Shown here: in pieces, positions 25,985 to 41,231 of the stretch | Numbering within the stretch: position 1 is the stretch's first letter | How the letters are laid out: the number at the start of each line of letters is the position of its first letter | Assembly: GCA_951406725.2 (NCBI GenBank) | Contig: OX597833.1 | Location: forward strand, 43,338,001-43,402,000 | Reading direction: 5' to 3' | Length of the DNA stretch: 64,000 nucleotides | From: Octopus vulgaris | Taxonomy: Eukaryota | Translations under genes and position numbers: made by a program | Notes under the pieces: generated by a model | Database searches by the model: none | Told to the model about the DNA's origin: nothing | Seen by the model: the letters and a program-made list of their open reading frames with translations, nothing else

Positions 25985-26680
25985 TGACCGTTTGACCCAC
26001 TATGTGATTGCAGTGCCAGTACTTATTCAAACATTTGGGCTGCTTAATTGGATGTTTCATGAGATCCTAGCCATGGATGGGAAAACTCGAAAGATAATAA
26101 CAAACACTCATAATTTCCACATCAATAGTGACGTAGACAGCCTCTACCTAAAACGAAAACAAGGCAACAGAGGCCTAACATCGATCCAAACTGCCTTTGA
26201 ATGTCGTGTCATATGCCTTCGGCAACATAACCACCAAGTGTCAAAGTGCATCCCTTGACTAAGTTTGCATACATGAGGCTGATAACATCATAAGATTTGG
26301 AAGGCAACTCTTTGAGCAGCATTCCTTGTCTGATAATCTTAAATACATGTCCAAAAATGTCGCACGGCTCCTCCGCAACATATCAGATGAAAGGATGAAC
26401 GTATATGAGCAGAAGACCTTGCATGGATATGCTACTAGAAAACTCCGAGATGGTAGTAACATTGATGATTAAAGTGGTCTATCATGGACCAACAACTGGA
26501 TTACTACCTCCCACTTTGTAAGGTATGCGTTTGCAATCCAGGAACAGGAAATATCAACCAAACATTTGATGCATAAAAGGGACAGAAATGCAGAAAATGC
26601 AGTAAAATGTGACAGTCGATGCAGACTTTGTGGAGTTAACACCGAACATATCACCTACGTCATAAACAGTTGTCCAAATA
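25985..26680 (+). mobile_element. R4/Dong-like LINE fragment (RT thumb to zinc knuckle)
   Basis: AVPVLIQTFGLLNW...DGKTRK...HINSDVDSLYLKRKQGNRGL; KTLHGY; FAIQEQEISTK; [19 protein letters not shown]. Confidence 0.85.
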
Positions 26681-26700
26681 TGTATGTGTGTATATATATA

Positions 26701-26845
<145 letters not shown>

Positions 26846-27799
26846 TATATCAGGTCGCTTTTGGGCTCTACTGGTAACTTGTAAGTCAGTACAACTTGTT
26901 GCATGATCGGGTATCGGCGACTTAACTGACCCATCAAGCTTGCTTGGTGAGGAGAGTAACTGTTGGACAACATGCAGGACGAAAAATAAGACATACATAC
27001 ACACATCCCTACATACATAAACGTACAGAGTAAACAATCGACCCTCGCACTGTCATTTTGGGATGAGACGTCTAGCCAGCTGGACGTTATTTTTTCTCTT
27101 CTATTTATTCTAATTCCTTGAAAAAATTTCTCCCAGGCGTTACCCATTACAATTCGTCTTGATCTAAGGGCCCTTAATGTTTGTCTTCGTTGATTGTTTA
27201 CTCTGTACATCCATTCTGGTGTCGTTTGTTCGTTCGAAGCCCTAACTCTCCATAAATTCTATACTTTTAAAACATCTGGATGCTGCTGTCTTATGAAGTT
27301 TTCCTGTCTTGTCGTTGAAAGCTCGATACAGGTAGAAATAAACAGTCGACAACCGAGGAGGAGGCAGACTTCCTTTGGTATTTTATCCCTTACTTATCTC
27401 AGTGTGTTTACGTATTTTTCACTCGTTGGTAATATCCTGTACTAAATGCGTATATTTTTTGTAAATGTCCTGTACTTATCCGTCGTGCATTTACGTATTT
27501 GTCACTTGCTGGTGATGTCCTGTACTAAATGTGCATTTTTAATCATATACAATTGAACGCCAGGCGTTACCCATTACAATTCACGCACACACGCACAAAA
27601 TACACCCATACACGCGTGTGTATCGTTGGCGATTTTCTTCCTCCGTCTTCCCGCCCTTTGAATTTTTCCTCTATTTCTGAAGAAGTGCCAGACTCGAAAC
27701 TTTAAATCCTCTTTCCTTCCTTTCCTGAGCGTCTGATAATACAGTACTTGTACCACGTCCTTGCGTTATTGTTTTTCCTTGTTTGTCCTTTGTTTGGAT

Positions 27800-27861
<62 letters not shown>

Positions 27862-28058
27862 TAATACTAAGTAATTAAGGGTTTAGCAACGAATTGCCTC
27901 ACCAACACACCGAATTTAGAAATAGCAGTCAAAGAGATATAGCTATTCCTTCTACTAAAAGGGGGATCTCAGTAAAAACACAGCACTTGAAAGGCAAACA
28001 CAGACAGGTAAGAAAGAAAGAATGGAATGACGGCAATCCATCATGCAATTTTAAGTTA

Positions 28059-28150
28059 CCTACGGACGTACGTTTCGAGATCAAGTTTTAGGATAGCATA
28101 AGAATTAGAAAATTCTACTTTACCCAAACTTCTTCTCTCATCGGCGCAGG
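28059..28150 (-). ncRNA. Type I hammerhead ribozyme with a long stem II (copy 1)
   Basis: Minus strand CCUGCG-CCGAUGA-GAGA…AAGUUU…AGAAUU(UUCU)AAUUCU…AAACUU…UCUC-GAAA-CGUACG-UC-CGUAGG; palindromic stem III ACGUACGU, GUC triplet. Confidence 0.85.
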
Positions 28151-28646
28151 ATACCACAATTATGAATAATTGTATATTAAATTTTGAGATACTAGAATGC
28201 ATCATCTCAACTCAGTGTCAGAGCGAGCCAAAGCATGACCAGTACCACGAAATTCAAAGTTTGAATGAAAGTTTGTGTCACCAGCCCCCTTCCACCCGCG
28301 TGTAGCCAAGACAAAATGCTGCGGTCATTTACTGGGATAAAATATGGTTATCAGTAATAATAAAGGGTGAAATTAATTAATTAGGGATAATTATCAATTA
28401 CACCAAGTAGATTTCGGCATGTAAAAGCCCCATTCGAGGAAAATTTAAGTAATACTAAGTAATTAAGGGTTTAGCAACGAATTGCCTCACCAACCCACCG
28501 AATTTAGAAATAGCAGTCAAAGAGATATAGCTATTCCTTCTACTAAAAGGGGGATCTCAGTAAAAACACAGCACTTGAAAGGCAAACACAGACAGGTAAG
28601 AAAGAAAGAATGGAATGACGGCAATCCATCATGCAATTTTAAGTTA

Positions 28647-28738
28647 CCTACGGACGTACGTTTCGAGATCAAGTTTTAGGATAGCATAAGAATTAGAAAA
28701 TTCTACTTTACCCAAACTTCTTCTCTCATCGGCGCAGG
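28647..28738 (-). ncRNA. Type I hammerhead ribozyme (copy 2)
   Basis: Same sequence as 28059-28150, shifted by 588 bp. Confidence 0.85.
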
Positions 28739-29080
28739 ATACCACAATTATGAATAATTGTATATTAAATTTTGAGATACTAGAATGCATCATATCAACT
28801 CAGTGTCAGAGCGAGCCAAAGCATGACCAGTACCACGAAATTCAAAGTTTGAATGAAAGTTTGTGTCACCAGCCCCCTTCCACCCGCGTGTAGCCAAGAC
28901 AAAATGCTGCGGTCATTTACTGGGATAAAATATGGTTATCAGTAATAATAAAGGGTGAAATTAATTAATTAGGGATAATTATCAATTACACCAAGTAGAT
29001 TTCGGCATGTAAAAGCCCCATTCGAGGAAAATTTAAGTAATACTAAGTAATTAAGGGTTTAGCAACGAATTGCCTCACCA

Positions 29081-29183
<103 letters not shown>

Positions 29184-29270
29184 TGTATGTATGTATCATA
29201 AATGTTAGCGCACGAAACGAAATTCTCTGCCCTTGAGTCATTCTGTTGTTTCTGCTAATATCAATAAAAA

Positions 29271-29988
<718 letters not shown>

Positions 29989-31211
29989 TGGTCATGTTTT
30001 GAGTTTTGTCTTCCTTGTTTGCATCATGAAACGTGTGTGTGTGAGCGTGCGCGCGTATGTGCGTGTGTTTGTGTGCATGTGACTCTGAATCACACACACC
30101 CACACACATTCATAGGCTCATATCAGAACGTTAACATGTGCATGCAGGATTGCGTAAATGGTGTACATTGGTGTTTTGTGCATGTGATTATACATATTTA
30201 TGATATGTACATAAAATAAGGTTGGGTATGATATAAAGTAAAACGAACAAGCGAGTGACCCTGTCCTACTTTTGACTATACACTCATTTTTTCCTTCCTT
30301 AATTTCTTGTCATCGTACCATTTCTCAATTTTCTGAAATGAATAATGTAGACGATAAAACTTCACAGTTGATACGTCTTCCTTCTAAACCATTTAAATTC
30401 GACGCTCAAAAGATGAACTAACATTATTGTTGTTTGATCAGCCTCGATCAAGAAGGCTTATAGCTATATAGGTTTCTGTTTCTTTCTCATTTTCTCTTAT
30501 TAATTTATTTATTTTCTCGAGTCAGTCAGGTGGGGTTCTTTTGAGAAAAACTTGCAGAAATTTCTTGGTCAAACGATAATGTAAGGGCATTCATCGTTGT
30601 TCTGTTATTGATATCCAAGCACAATTGGCTGGATAATTTGGCGGAGCAAAAAAAAAAACGAAAACTTGATTTTTTTTTATTCTAAGCTCACTTCTAAATT
30701 TAACACTAATTTCAAGGTCAATCCTAAATTTTAATCCTTACCCTACATTCTTATCCTAGAATGGCACTTTCCCTAGCGCAAATCCTATCTCGAAACTTAT
30801 CTACGCTTTAATTAGTCATAAACCTAAATCATAATTTAATCTTATTCTTAACTCTAGGTGTTACGCTAACACGACAGTTAGTTTAAACACAAACCCTAGC
30901 CCTAAATGGTATTCCAACCGATGTCTGAAACTCTGCCCTGAAGTTTAACCGAATACTTACCTTAACTCAAACTCTCACGCTCCCTTGAATACTAACAATA
31001 ACGTTGCTTTGAACTTTAATGAGTTTGAAATATTAGAAGTGAAAATGGAATGAAATGACGATACTTCATAAATATACTGTCAAAAAAGAATGATATGGCA
31101 ATATTTCCTAAATATATTGTCAAAAAAGAAGTTTGTTTGCTCCCTTTATTGACTAATGTAGTGAACCATGTCTTACCCTATACCGTCAACATAAAATAAT
31201 CAATGCGCCCT

Positions 31212-31451
31212 TTTAAAGCCTAGCCAGGCTCATGGGCCCGGTTTCCCGATTTCTATGGCGTATGTGTTCCCCAGCTGGACGGGAAGCCAGTCCATCGCAG
31301 CGTTACTCATTTTTACCAGATGAGTGGACTGGAGCAACGTGAAATGAAGTGTTTTGCTCAAGAACACAACGCGTCGCCCGGTCCAGGAATCGAAACCACA
31401 ATCTTACGATCATGATGCTGACACCCTAACCACTAAGCCACGCGCCTCCAC
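31212..31451 (-). mobile_element. SINE family C, near full length
   Basis: Minus-strand head TGGAGGCGCGTGGCTTAGTGGTTAGGG…GGTTTCGATTCC has tRNA-like A and B boxes; relatives at 32085-32425, 36133-36320, 53244-53500 and 57440-57755. Confidence 0.85.
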
Positions 31452-31759
31452 TACCGTCAACATAATAAACCAGATTGATGCCTACCACATATGTCGGTGA
31501 TGTTAAACAGGTGTGAGTTGTCTTCCGTTGTACAGGACACCAATCTATCATGTCCATCGCGGAAGGATTTGGTTTTGATTTGCTGAGCAACGATAATCTC
31601 ATCTATTTTTTATTTTTTTCAGACTAGAATTGCTTATAGTGACGAATTAAATTCCGCACTGATGTACCTACAGCTAAGTTGACTGCATTGTTGAAAGTTT
31701 ACCGTCTTGAACAGGGACACTGTACAGGGACGTCTTGAACAGGGACACTGAGGAACATA

Positions 31760-31976
31760 CGAGGGGGTACTGAAAAGTTTCTGCCTTAGGGTAAGAGAAA
31801 ATACAGGAGGATCAGTTAATCATGATTTTATCCAGCATATTCCGCTCTCAGATTGATACACTTATTGCAGAGGTCCTTCAGTTTTCCTAAGCCACGAAAA
31901 GGAACGCGGAAGGTTAGGATTCCAACCAAGCTTTTCGTGATACCCTAAAAGCCAGGAACTTTTCAGCAACCCCTCG
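31760..31976. mobile_element. Mariner-type MITE
   Basis: TA|CGAGGGGGTACTGAAAAGTTTCTG … CCAGGAACTTTTCAGCAACCCCTCG|TA. Confidence 0.85.
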
Positions 31977-32887
31977 TAATTCCATCTCGGTAGGCCGAGC
32001 AATTGTGTATTAAATGCCACAGCCATGGAACACATTAATAATCTATGATACTGTTCAGTACTTATATACACGTAAGTCGGGACGGGTCGGGACCCCCGTC
32101 GGTCACGACACTGACCATGGGATTGCACCTAGAAAGTTACCCTCAGGCACAAGTCTGGGCAAGGTGGTTTATGGAAGACCAGCAGTCACCCATGCATACC
32201 AGCCTCTCCTCTCCACGCCACCAGTGTTATCCAAGGGAAAGGCAAAGGCCGATACAGCTTGGCACATGTGACATCGCAACTCATTTCTACAGCTGAATTA
32301 ACTGGAGCAACGTGAAATAAAGTGTCTTGCTCAAGAACACAACACGCAGCCCGGTCCGGGATTCGAGCTCACAACCTCACGATTGTAAACTCGACGCTCT
32401 AACCACTGAGCTATGCGCCTTCACACGTAGGTAGGCTCTGGGTTTTAAGAACTTTACGATCCTGAAGTAAATACCTACAGTTTAATGCAATGGGTCGTTG
32501 GCAATTGAGTTTATTGGCCAGCGACTCAGTAAGAAGAACTATATAATTTTGTAGTAATTACAGCTAGGTCGACTGAGGTAGAAATAATAGCCCAATGAAT
32601 TATACTAGACTGTTGTACATATATATAGCTGAGTGGACTGAGTTATGGCACAGTTTAATGCATCTTGTTGCAGAAACAACTCAATGATGGTGCCAGAATA
32701 TGAATCACGTCTCACTAACTGTATGATATAATAATTATAATGAAATTATTGTATACAGTGCTCAGGTGCACCACAACATGATCATACAGTACAACAGGTA
32801 ACGAATCACTTATTAAATTTTACAGTGAAGTTGCTGTTTGTAGCAATATGTTACACTCATACTATGATACTGAGTTGATACCTACTT

Positions 32888-33052
32888 GCTATTTAAGGGT
32901 TAAATGTATCTTAGATACGGGCTATTTAAGGGTTAAATGTATCTTAGATACGGGCTATTGAAGGATTAAATGTATCTTAGATACGGTCTATTTAAGAATT
33001 AAATGTATTTTAGATACGGGCTATTTAAGGGTTAAATGTATCTTAGATACGG
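32888..33052. repeat. 33-bp minisatellite x5
   Basis: Unit GCTATTTAAGGGTTAAATGTATCTTAGATACGG, contiguous with no spacers. Confidence 0.92.
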
Positions 33053-33358
33053 ACACAACACAACCTTGCATACAAGAAGAGAACATCACAAACTTATGCT
33101 GTTCTTCGTGTAAATCCATTAATTGACATAAATTTACATCGCGGGGTTCCCTCGTGAATTATCTCCCTTCTGAAGTTGCTGATATTGTTGTTCAGCTTGA
33201 CGTTAACATTGATCGAGATTATCAACAATCAAATACCTCCCAGCTAATACCATTTCTTAGATATACAGTATTTAGGACCACTTTATTCAATGTTTGCTTA
33301 TTTTCAAAAGACCATAACGCATGATTTCTAGCTGAGCAAACGATCAGGTAGATGCTCT

Positions 33359-33461
<103 letters not shown>

Positions 33462-33620
33462 GCTGTCGCTCGCTCGCTTCTACGGTCCTCGGTGTACTGG
33501 TTTTCAAACCGAATATCAATTGTGGAATGATTTACGAATAGATGTCTTAGGGGTACCCCATCCTCCTCCAGCTGAATTAACAAAACCTAAATATCAATAA
33601 AAACGCAGCAACCATTTTAA

Positions 33621-33693
<73 letters not shown>

Positions 33694-34165
33694 TGTGTGT
33701 GCATGCCTATATATATGTGCAAGCCTCGGATGTCTTTTGAAGTTTTGCATTATTTATCCTTGTTTTCCAATGTAGATGACTGCTACGAATAGTTATATAC
33801 AGAGACTAAGAGTTATGTCCCTTGAATAAATACTTGCGCGATATTCTTTTCTCCTCTAAGCACAAGACCCGAAATTTGTAGGGAGGGGGCCAGTCGATTA
33901 TATCGACCCAGTATGCAACTGGTACTTAATTTATCGACTCCGAAGTGATGGCAAAGGTGACCTCGGCAGAATTTGAACTCAGAACGTAAAGACAGATGAA
34001 ATACTGCTAGGCATTTCGCCCAGCGTCCTAACGTTTCTGCCAACTCGACGCCTTAGAAATAAAAATAATATTAAGGTTGGGAATGGCAGGTGAACTCCCT
34101 TCAAACAAAATTGATCACTCTTTAAGTAACAATGCATGTATGTATAAAACTATAGTCTCTCTCTT

Positions 34166-34519
<354 letters not shown>

Positions 34520-35454
34520 TTTTTTATTAAAACTGCAAATATATCACATATTACTCTAGGTTCGGTATTCGAGTATATTTTTTCCACGTTGTTTTACATT
34601 TATGTACTTGCTCGTGTGTGTGTGTGTGTGTACATTTGTAGATACATATATATATATACTTATACATGTATGTGTGTGCATATGTGTGCGTGCTCGCGAG
34701 TGTGGAAGTGTATGCATTTAGTGTGTAATTTAAGAGTAGTCTCCCATGATACTCTTTAGTCTATAAAGAGTTGTATTTCCTTTAAAATTAACTCTCTTAT
34801 TAACGTAGGCGCTTTATTGCTGAATAGTTAAGGAGTTCGTTTCGCCATGACATCCTTGGTCGATTCTACAGCATGGCATCTTGGTCAAGCGTGATATTCT
34901 ACAGCTTCGAGCTGGCTGATACTTCATCAGAGAAAAAGGCGATATCTAATCTTAATAATAGCATTGTTTCATGCTGAAATGGCCTGAAAATTACTTGGAA
35001 TATTCAACCACGTAACCTTAATTTAGGAGCAGAAAATTCAGTCGATCGAATAACTGAATCTTCTCCGTCGAACGATGGATATTCACCACATGCAGGGCTA
35101 AATTTATTTATGAGTTAATATGGGCCATAGCCCAGGGCCCCAGGCTTGGAGGGTCCCAAACTCTGAGGACCATTGTAATTCAAATAAGCCTAAAGCTTGG
35201 AGTTAAAAATTCAAAAAATATATTAAAAACAATCACATAAATAATTTGCAATTTCCATTTTCTTGTATCAGTTTTTTCTAATCCAAGAGAGATCTTTTAA
35301 GATTATTGAACTCTTTTCTTTTTATTGAGATTCTTTAAATTTAAAAAACAAAAAGGCACCTTCTGAGTCTATCTATGTCATTTTAAGTTTCAGGAAACCG
35401 CGTTCTTACGACCGCGAGTCCGCTGCCCTAACCACTGGTCCATTGCGCCTCCTC

Positions 35455-35681
<227 letters not shown>

Positions 35682-37084
35682 TGAAGTTACCTGGATCGTC
35701 AAAGTTACCATCCGTGACCAAGTCTTCGTTTTTTCTTCTCTATTTTGCTATGTGCCCAAGATAGTGGGGCGTTATTTAAGAAAGATTTAGCTACGACTTC
35801 TAGCATATTAAGTGTATACGTAAATGCCTTTCTCATTGGCTCGCAACCAACTAGGTGATGACTCTACGTAGCTGGTTTCGAGACTAGATTCAGCGGCGAA
35901 ATATCATTCAAAGAAACAGAACGTAAATAATTAGATGAATAAATAAATAGATACATGACATGTTGGATAATGTTGGATAAAATAAAAGCAAAATAGAATG
36001 GCCACTGCTGGATCGAGTTCGTTTCATCTTCGGTGTTTGTGCAATTACTGTTGACTTTAGAAATACACAACCCAATGGTGGAAGCAGTAGCAGCAGGTGT
36101 TACCGTAGCAGTAACAGCACAGCAGCAGCGGCGTGGAGGCGCAATGGCCCAGTGCTTAGGGCAGTGGACTCGCGGCTGTAAGAACGCGGTTTCGATTCCC
36201 AGACCGAGCATTGTGAGTGTTTATTGAGCAAAAACACCTAAGTTCCACGAGGCTCCAGCGGGGGGAGAGGATGGTGAACCCCGCTGTACTCTTTCACCAC
36301 AACTTTCTCTCACTCTTTCTTCCTACTTCTGTCACAAAGCAGAGGAACCATGGTGTAAACCACTATGGTGTGGTAAACTTTCAGACCCTAGTCTGGATTG
36401 CGAATCCTCTGTACCCCAGGATGGTTCAGCTCTCAACCCATTAAAACCAACTGTTTACGGAATGAGGATAACAACGTAGTTTTCGCACCCGTGCATCCGC
36501 CAGTCTATCGCATGTGGTGGGTGGATCTTCAAGTTGTCACACGCATTCTTAGTAGCTTAGAGTAAGCTCGAAGAAGAAGAAGAAGAAGAAGAAGAAGAAG
36601 AAGAAGAAGAAGAAGAAGAAGAAGAAGAAGAGCAGCGGTTACGATATCGGTACCGACAGCGCAGCGGTGAGGTAGCAGCGGTGGTGGTGGTGGTGGCTGT
36701 CCATCTCTTGCTCTCATGCCTTTCCCTTTTTCTCCTTATACTTTTCTCTGTCTGTCTGTCTCTCTCTCTCTCCATCTCTCTCCTACTCTCCCTCTCCATC
36801 TCTCTCTCTCTTCATCTCTCTCTTTCTCCAGCTCTCTCTCCAACTTTCTCTCCTACTCTCTCTCTCCATCTCTCTCCTACTCTCCCTCTCCATCTCTCTC
36901 TCTCCCATTCTCTCTCATCTCTCTCTTTCTCCATCTCTCTCTCCATCTTTCTCTCCTACTCTCTCTCTCCATCTCTCTCTCCCACTCGCTCTCTCCCTCT
37001 CCATCTTTCTCTCCCACCCTCTCTCTCCATCTCTCCATATCTCTCTCCTACTCTCTCTCCCACTCTCTCAATCTGTCTTTCGCT

Positions 37085-37120
<36 letters not shown>

Positions 37121-37304
37121 CCGTCACTCCTACACACCATTATTCCCTTTTATTCCCTTTTCTTCCTCATTCTATTTCTTTCTTCCATCATATTCCCTTT
37201 CTTCCTTTCTTTCTTTTCTTTCTTCTATTTTCCTTTCCCCACCACTCCCTTAACTTCTCCAATCCTGACAGTACACACACACACACACACATTCGCATTC
37301 ACAA

Positions 37305-37346
<42 letters not shown>

Positions 37347-37750
37347 TCACATACACACACATTCGCATTCACAAACATACACATACACACTCACACAAGC
37401 GCGCACAGTGACACACACACACGTTTCATTTCATTAACATTGGTCAGCCAACCATCACTATACTCACAAATACTAATACAAACACCCAATATCCATCCAT
37501 TGCTCACTTTATCTTTAAGAAGACAAACTATTGTCTTTATCAGTTTGGCCCCATTCATGAATTAACAACTCCTTCAAACAGATGCACACACTCAAACACT
37601 TTCTCTATCACTCACCACCGTTTTCTCTCTCCCTCTCTTTCTTTCTCTCCGTCTCTCACTCTTTTTCTCTCTCCCTCTCTCACACACACACAGACGCACG
37701 CACGCACGCACACACACATGTATACATATATACACCAGCTGGCATATATA

Positions 37751-37978
37751 CGGCGAGCTCGCAGAACCGTTAGCACGCCGGGCGAAATGCGTAGCCGTAT
37801 TTCGTCTGCCGTTACATTCTGAGTTCAAATTCCGCCGAGGTCGACTTTGCCTTTCATCCTTTCGGGGTCGATAAATTAAGTACCAGTTACGCACTGGGGT
37901 CGATGTAATCGGCTTAATCCGTTTGTCTGTCCTTGTTTGTCCTCTCTGTGTTTAGCCCCTTGTGGGCAATAAAGAAAT
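37751..37978 (+). mobile_element. SINE family B monomer
   Basis: Head and one body; ATATATACACCAGCT occurs on both sides. Confidence 0.88.
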
Positions 37979-38360
37979 ATATATACACCAGCTCGCCAAA
38001 AAGACCGACAGAACAGGCTTTAAAATGATTATACATATTTACGATATGTACATAAAATAAGGTTGGGTATGATATAAAGTAAAACGAACAAGCGAGTGAC
38101 CCTGTCCTACTTTTGACTATACACTCATTTTTTCCTTCCTTAATTTCTTGTCAGGGAGGGGATAATTTGTTCGACTAAACCCTTCCTTCACAGAGGTGCT
38201 CCAGCATGGCTGCAGTCTAAATGAATGAAACAAGTAAAAGATAAAAGAACATCTCTCTCTCTCTCTCTCCTTCTCTCTCTCTCTCGCTCTCTCTCTCCTT
38301 CTCTCTCTCTCTCTCGCTCTCTCTCTCTCTCCTTCTCTCTCTCTCTCGCTCTCTCTCTAC

Positions 38361-38413
<53 letters not shown>

Positions 38414-39068
38414 TTATATGATTGATCGATGGCTCCAAAAGCTTGTTCAATTTGCTAGAAATAACAGCCAAACTTCCCTCATACTATGCTCTTGGTAGTA
38501 TTAAGGTATGGGAAAATGTTTACTCCGCTCCACCATTACGATTGAAATTAATAATTTTTTTTATTTTGTTCGGCTCTATGAATTTAATTTTTTTTTTTTT
38601 TTTTTTAATGTTACTGCCCATTGCTTGATACAGGAACTTGGAATATCTTGACCAAAACAGAGGAATTCTAACTTAACAAAAACGTAAAAGTTCTGTTTTC
38701 CAAAGCCAAAAGATGTGTTTTTAGCTGGGGTGTAGTTTTATAATTGAAACATTCAAAATTTAAATTTCAGGACATAAGACTTACCATATCATCTGGTATA
38801 TAGCTGCAGTTCAAATGAGTACAAAACCTAAAACAAATTTGTGTGTGAGTGTGTGTGTGCGTGTGTGTGTGCGCGTGCGTGTGTGGTTGGGTCTTTAATA
38901 GCCAGGAGTCAATTTAGATTTGCAGAAAGGAGTTCAAAACGGCAACACACGCAATCATATATATACAAACATACCCATACATGCCCACACATACACAAAT
39001 ATATACCTATCAGCTACTCCCAAAAGCCATTTTGATCCAAAATTCTGACCACCATTCTTTATATATAT

Positions 39069-39104
<36 letters not shown>

Positions 39105-39153
39105 ATACACACACACACACACACACAAACACACATACACACACACACACAAA

Positions 39154-39197
<44 letters not shown>

Positions 39198-39863
39198 TTC
39201 AGCTTTTCGCTTTTATCCATTACTTTTCTTTTAATTGTCTATCACTATTCATCTGTTTTTAGTTTTTGTTTTTGTTTGGGGGGGTTCACTTTAGCGACAC
39301 CAGTTACAGAAAAAAGTTTTTTTAAATTTGAAACAAAAAGGCATGGCTTTTTAAACTGACTGTCGCAGGGATGTGAAAATATGGCTACTACTCGTTAATT
39401 TGAAATTAAACATACCAAAGACGAGGGTCTTCCATCGCCCCTAGCGCCCCCTAAGTCTCTTAACACTTCCCTAGTGCCCCTTTGCACCAAAACGCCCCCT
39501 CAAGTTCCAAATGGCCCTCCGGAGGCCATATGATCCCTGTTGAGAACATTTGGTCTAAATGACTGAAACAAAGTAAAAAGGTGCAGTTCTATATTTAAGA
39601 GATGAGGAATTATGTACACTATTTACATTATTTACATTTGACGGATATTTATCCTTATCTTGTTTGTTGTTATTAACACATATGCTAAGACCGAGTGCAG
39701 ATATGAATAGCATATGGGAACCGGTATTAAGGGAAGATGGGAAAATATTAGATTTATGAGCCCTAAAATTCACTGCATAATTGCCCTCGGGCATATGGCG
39801 TAGTGGTTAAGAGCGCGGGCTACCAACCCCAAGATTCCGAGTCCGATTACAGGCAGTGACCTA

Positions 39864-39901
<38 letters not shown>

Positions 39902-39909
39902 TACCCAAG

Positions 39910-39953
39910 ACACCTGATGAAGGCTGGAGAATATATCAACCGAAACGTTGTGT
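39910..39953 (+). ncRNA. Minimal type I hammerhead ribozyme, Penelope pLTR type
   Basis: ACAC-CUGAUGA-A-GGCUGG(…)UCAACC-GAAA-CG-UU-GUGU; one stem II mismatch. The downstream tail 39949-40002 has an inverted copy at ~39627-39680. Confidence 0.72.
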
Positions 39954-40020
39954 TAGCAACAAACAAGATGAGGACAAATATCCGTCAAATGTAAATAATG
40001 TACAGTAAAAGGCATACATA

Positions 40021-41196
40021 CATGGTGGGTAAGGTATTTGAGAACACACCTATTTGGGGTCATTGCTACATTTTTGCTAACACTGTATAATATTTGTTTC
40101 AGAAAATAATAATGGCAAACTCTCAGCTTACACAAGAAATGAAGAGGCATGCTCATAGCGATTGAGAAATATCTCGATTTTCAAAAGTTGCCAGATCTTT
40201 CATCAACAAGGTTTGTAAGGAACTAGAGACTGAAGATGGAAACGTATCACCAGTATCAAAGCATAAAAAGCATTTTAAACGCTATGAAACCATGAGAACA
40301 CCTATCCAACAAGTTTAATAGACCATTGATTGCAATCCCTGAAAGTCCATGAGGCCACTTGCAAAAGATCTCCATGTGTCAGAAGGAATAGTCAGAAATG
40401 TTGTCCGCGAAGACGTAAGATATAAGTCTTATATGATGAGGAAAAGTCAATTTGTCAGAAAAATCAAAAGAAATTCACTACATCAGATCTAGAAGGCTCT
40501 TGAACAAACTGAAAAATCCAGCAATTCATTTGTTTTTTCTCAAACGAGAAAATCTTCGATTAAGATCAGAAAGTTGAGAGAAGAAATGACAGATGTTTAT
40601 GTGCACACCCTTATGAAGTTACAAGTGTTATGCATACAAAATTTTCTTCAACTGTCATGGTGTTAAGGGTTGTTAGCAATGAAGGTCATGTGATGCCTCC
40701 TTACTTCTTTCCACAAGGCCTTAGAGTTAACTCTGCCGCCTACAATGAGGTCCTGGAAATAATTGTTAAGCCTTGGATAGACAGTATATGCAATAGAAGG
40801 CCATATGTGTTTCAATAAGACTCCGCACAATCACACATGTCTTTAGTAACACAGGAATGGATGGCTGAAAATTTTCATGATCACATAACCCCTAACATTC
40901 GGCCTCCTAATTCCCCAGATCTCAATCCATTGGACTATTACATGTAGAACATTGTTGAGAGAGAGTTGAATGAACACCAAAGATTCTTTGCAAGCTGCAT
41001 TAGTCAGAGTAATGTCCAAAAGGAACCAGGACCACTTGATTCGAGCATGTAGATGATTTAGATCTCATATAGAAGCAGTTGATGAAGCTGAAGATTTATT
41101 TTTATCCTCATGGTATTTTTTGATAAAGTTATTTGTTATTATATACCTGTTTTTTTTTATAAACATAAATCTGTCCTGAAATATCTTACGCACTCA

Positions 41197-41197
<1 letters not shown>
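40021..41197 (+). mobile_element. Decayed DD37D (maT-type) Tc1/mariner transposon
   Basis: TA-flanked imperfect TIRs; remnants FFSNEK, HTKFSSTVMVLRVVSNEGHVMPPYFF, YVFQ*DSAQSH…PPNSPDLNPLDYY with 37 residues between the second and third Asp. Confidence 0.88.

Positions 41198-41231
<34 letters not shown>

Noticed and set aside
27894-28091. 65-aa ORF repeated in each 588-bp unit
   Set aside because: Starts at TTG, has no recognisable motif and overlaps the antisense hammerhead; its repetition only reflects the DNA duplication.
30700-31020. Degenerate CCCTAA-like periodicity (also TAGGGTTAGGGTTAGG at 45733)
   Set aside because: Too decayed or short to call an interstitial telomere; such motifs are common inside DNA-transposon remnants.
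32888-33052. 33-bp repeats resembling a CRISPR array
   Set aside because: Units are contiguous with no unique spacers, there are no cas genes and the context is eukaryotic; it is a minisatellite.
39797-39862. Possible tRNA gene
   Set aside because: Has A/B-box-like words but no complete cloverleaf and runs into (TAA)n; better explained as a SINE head.
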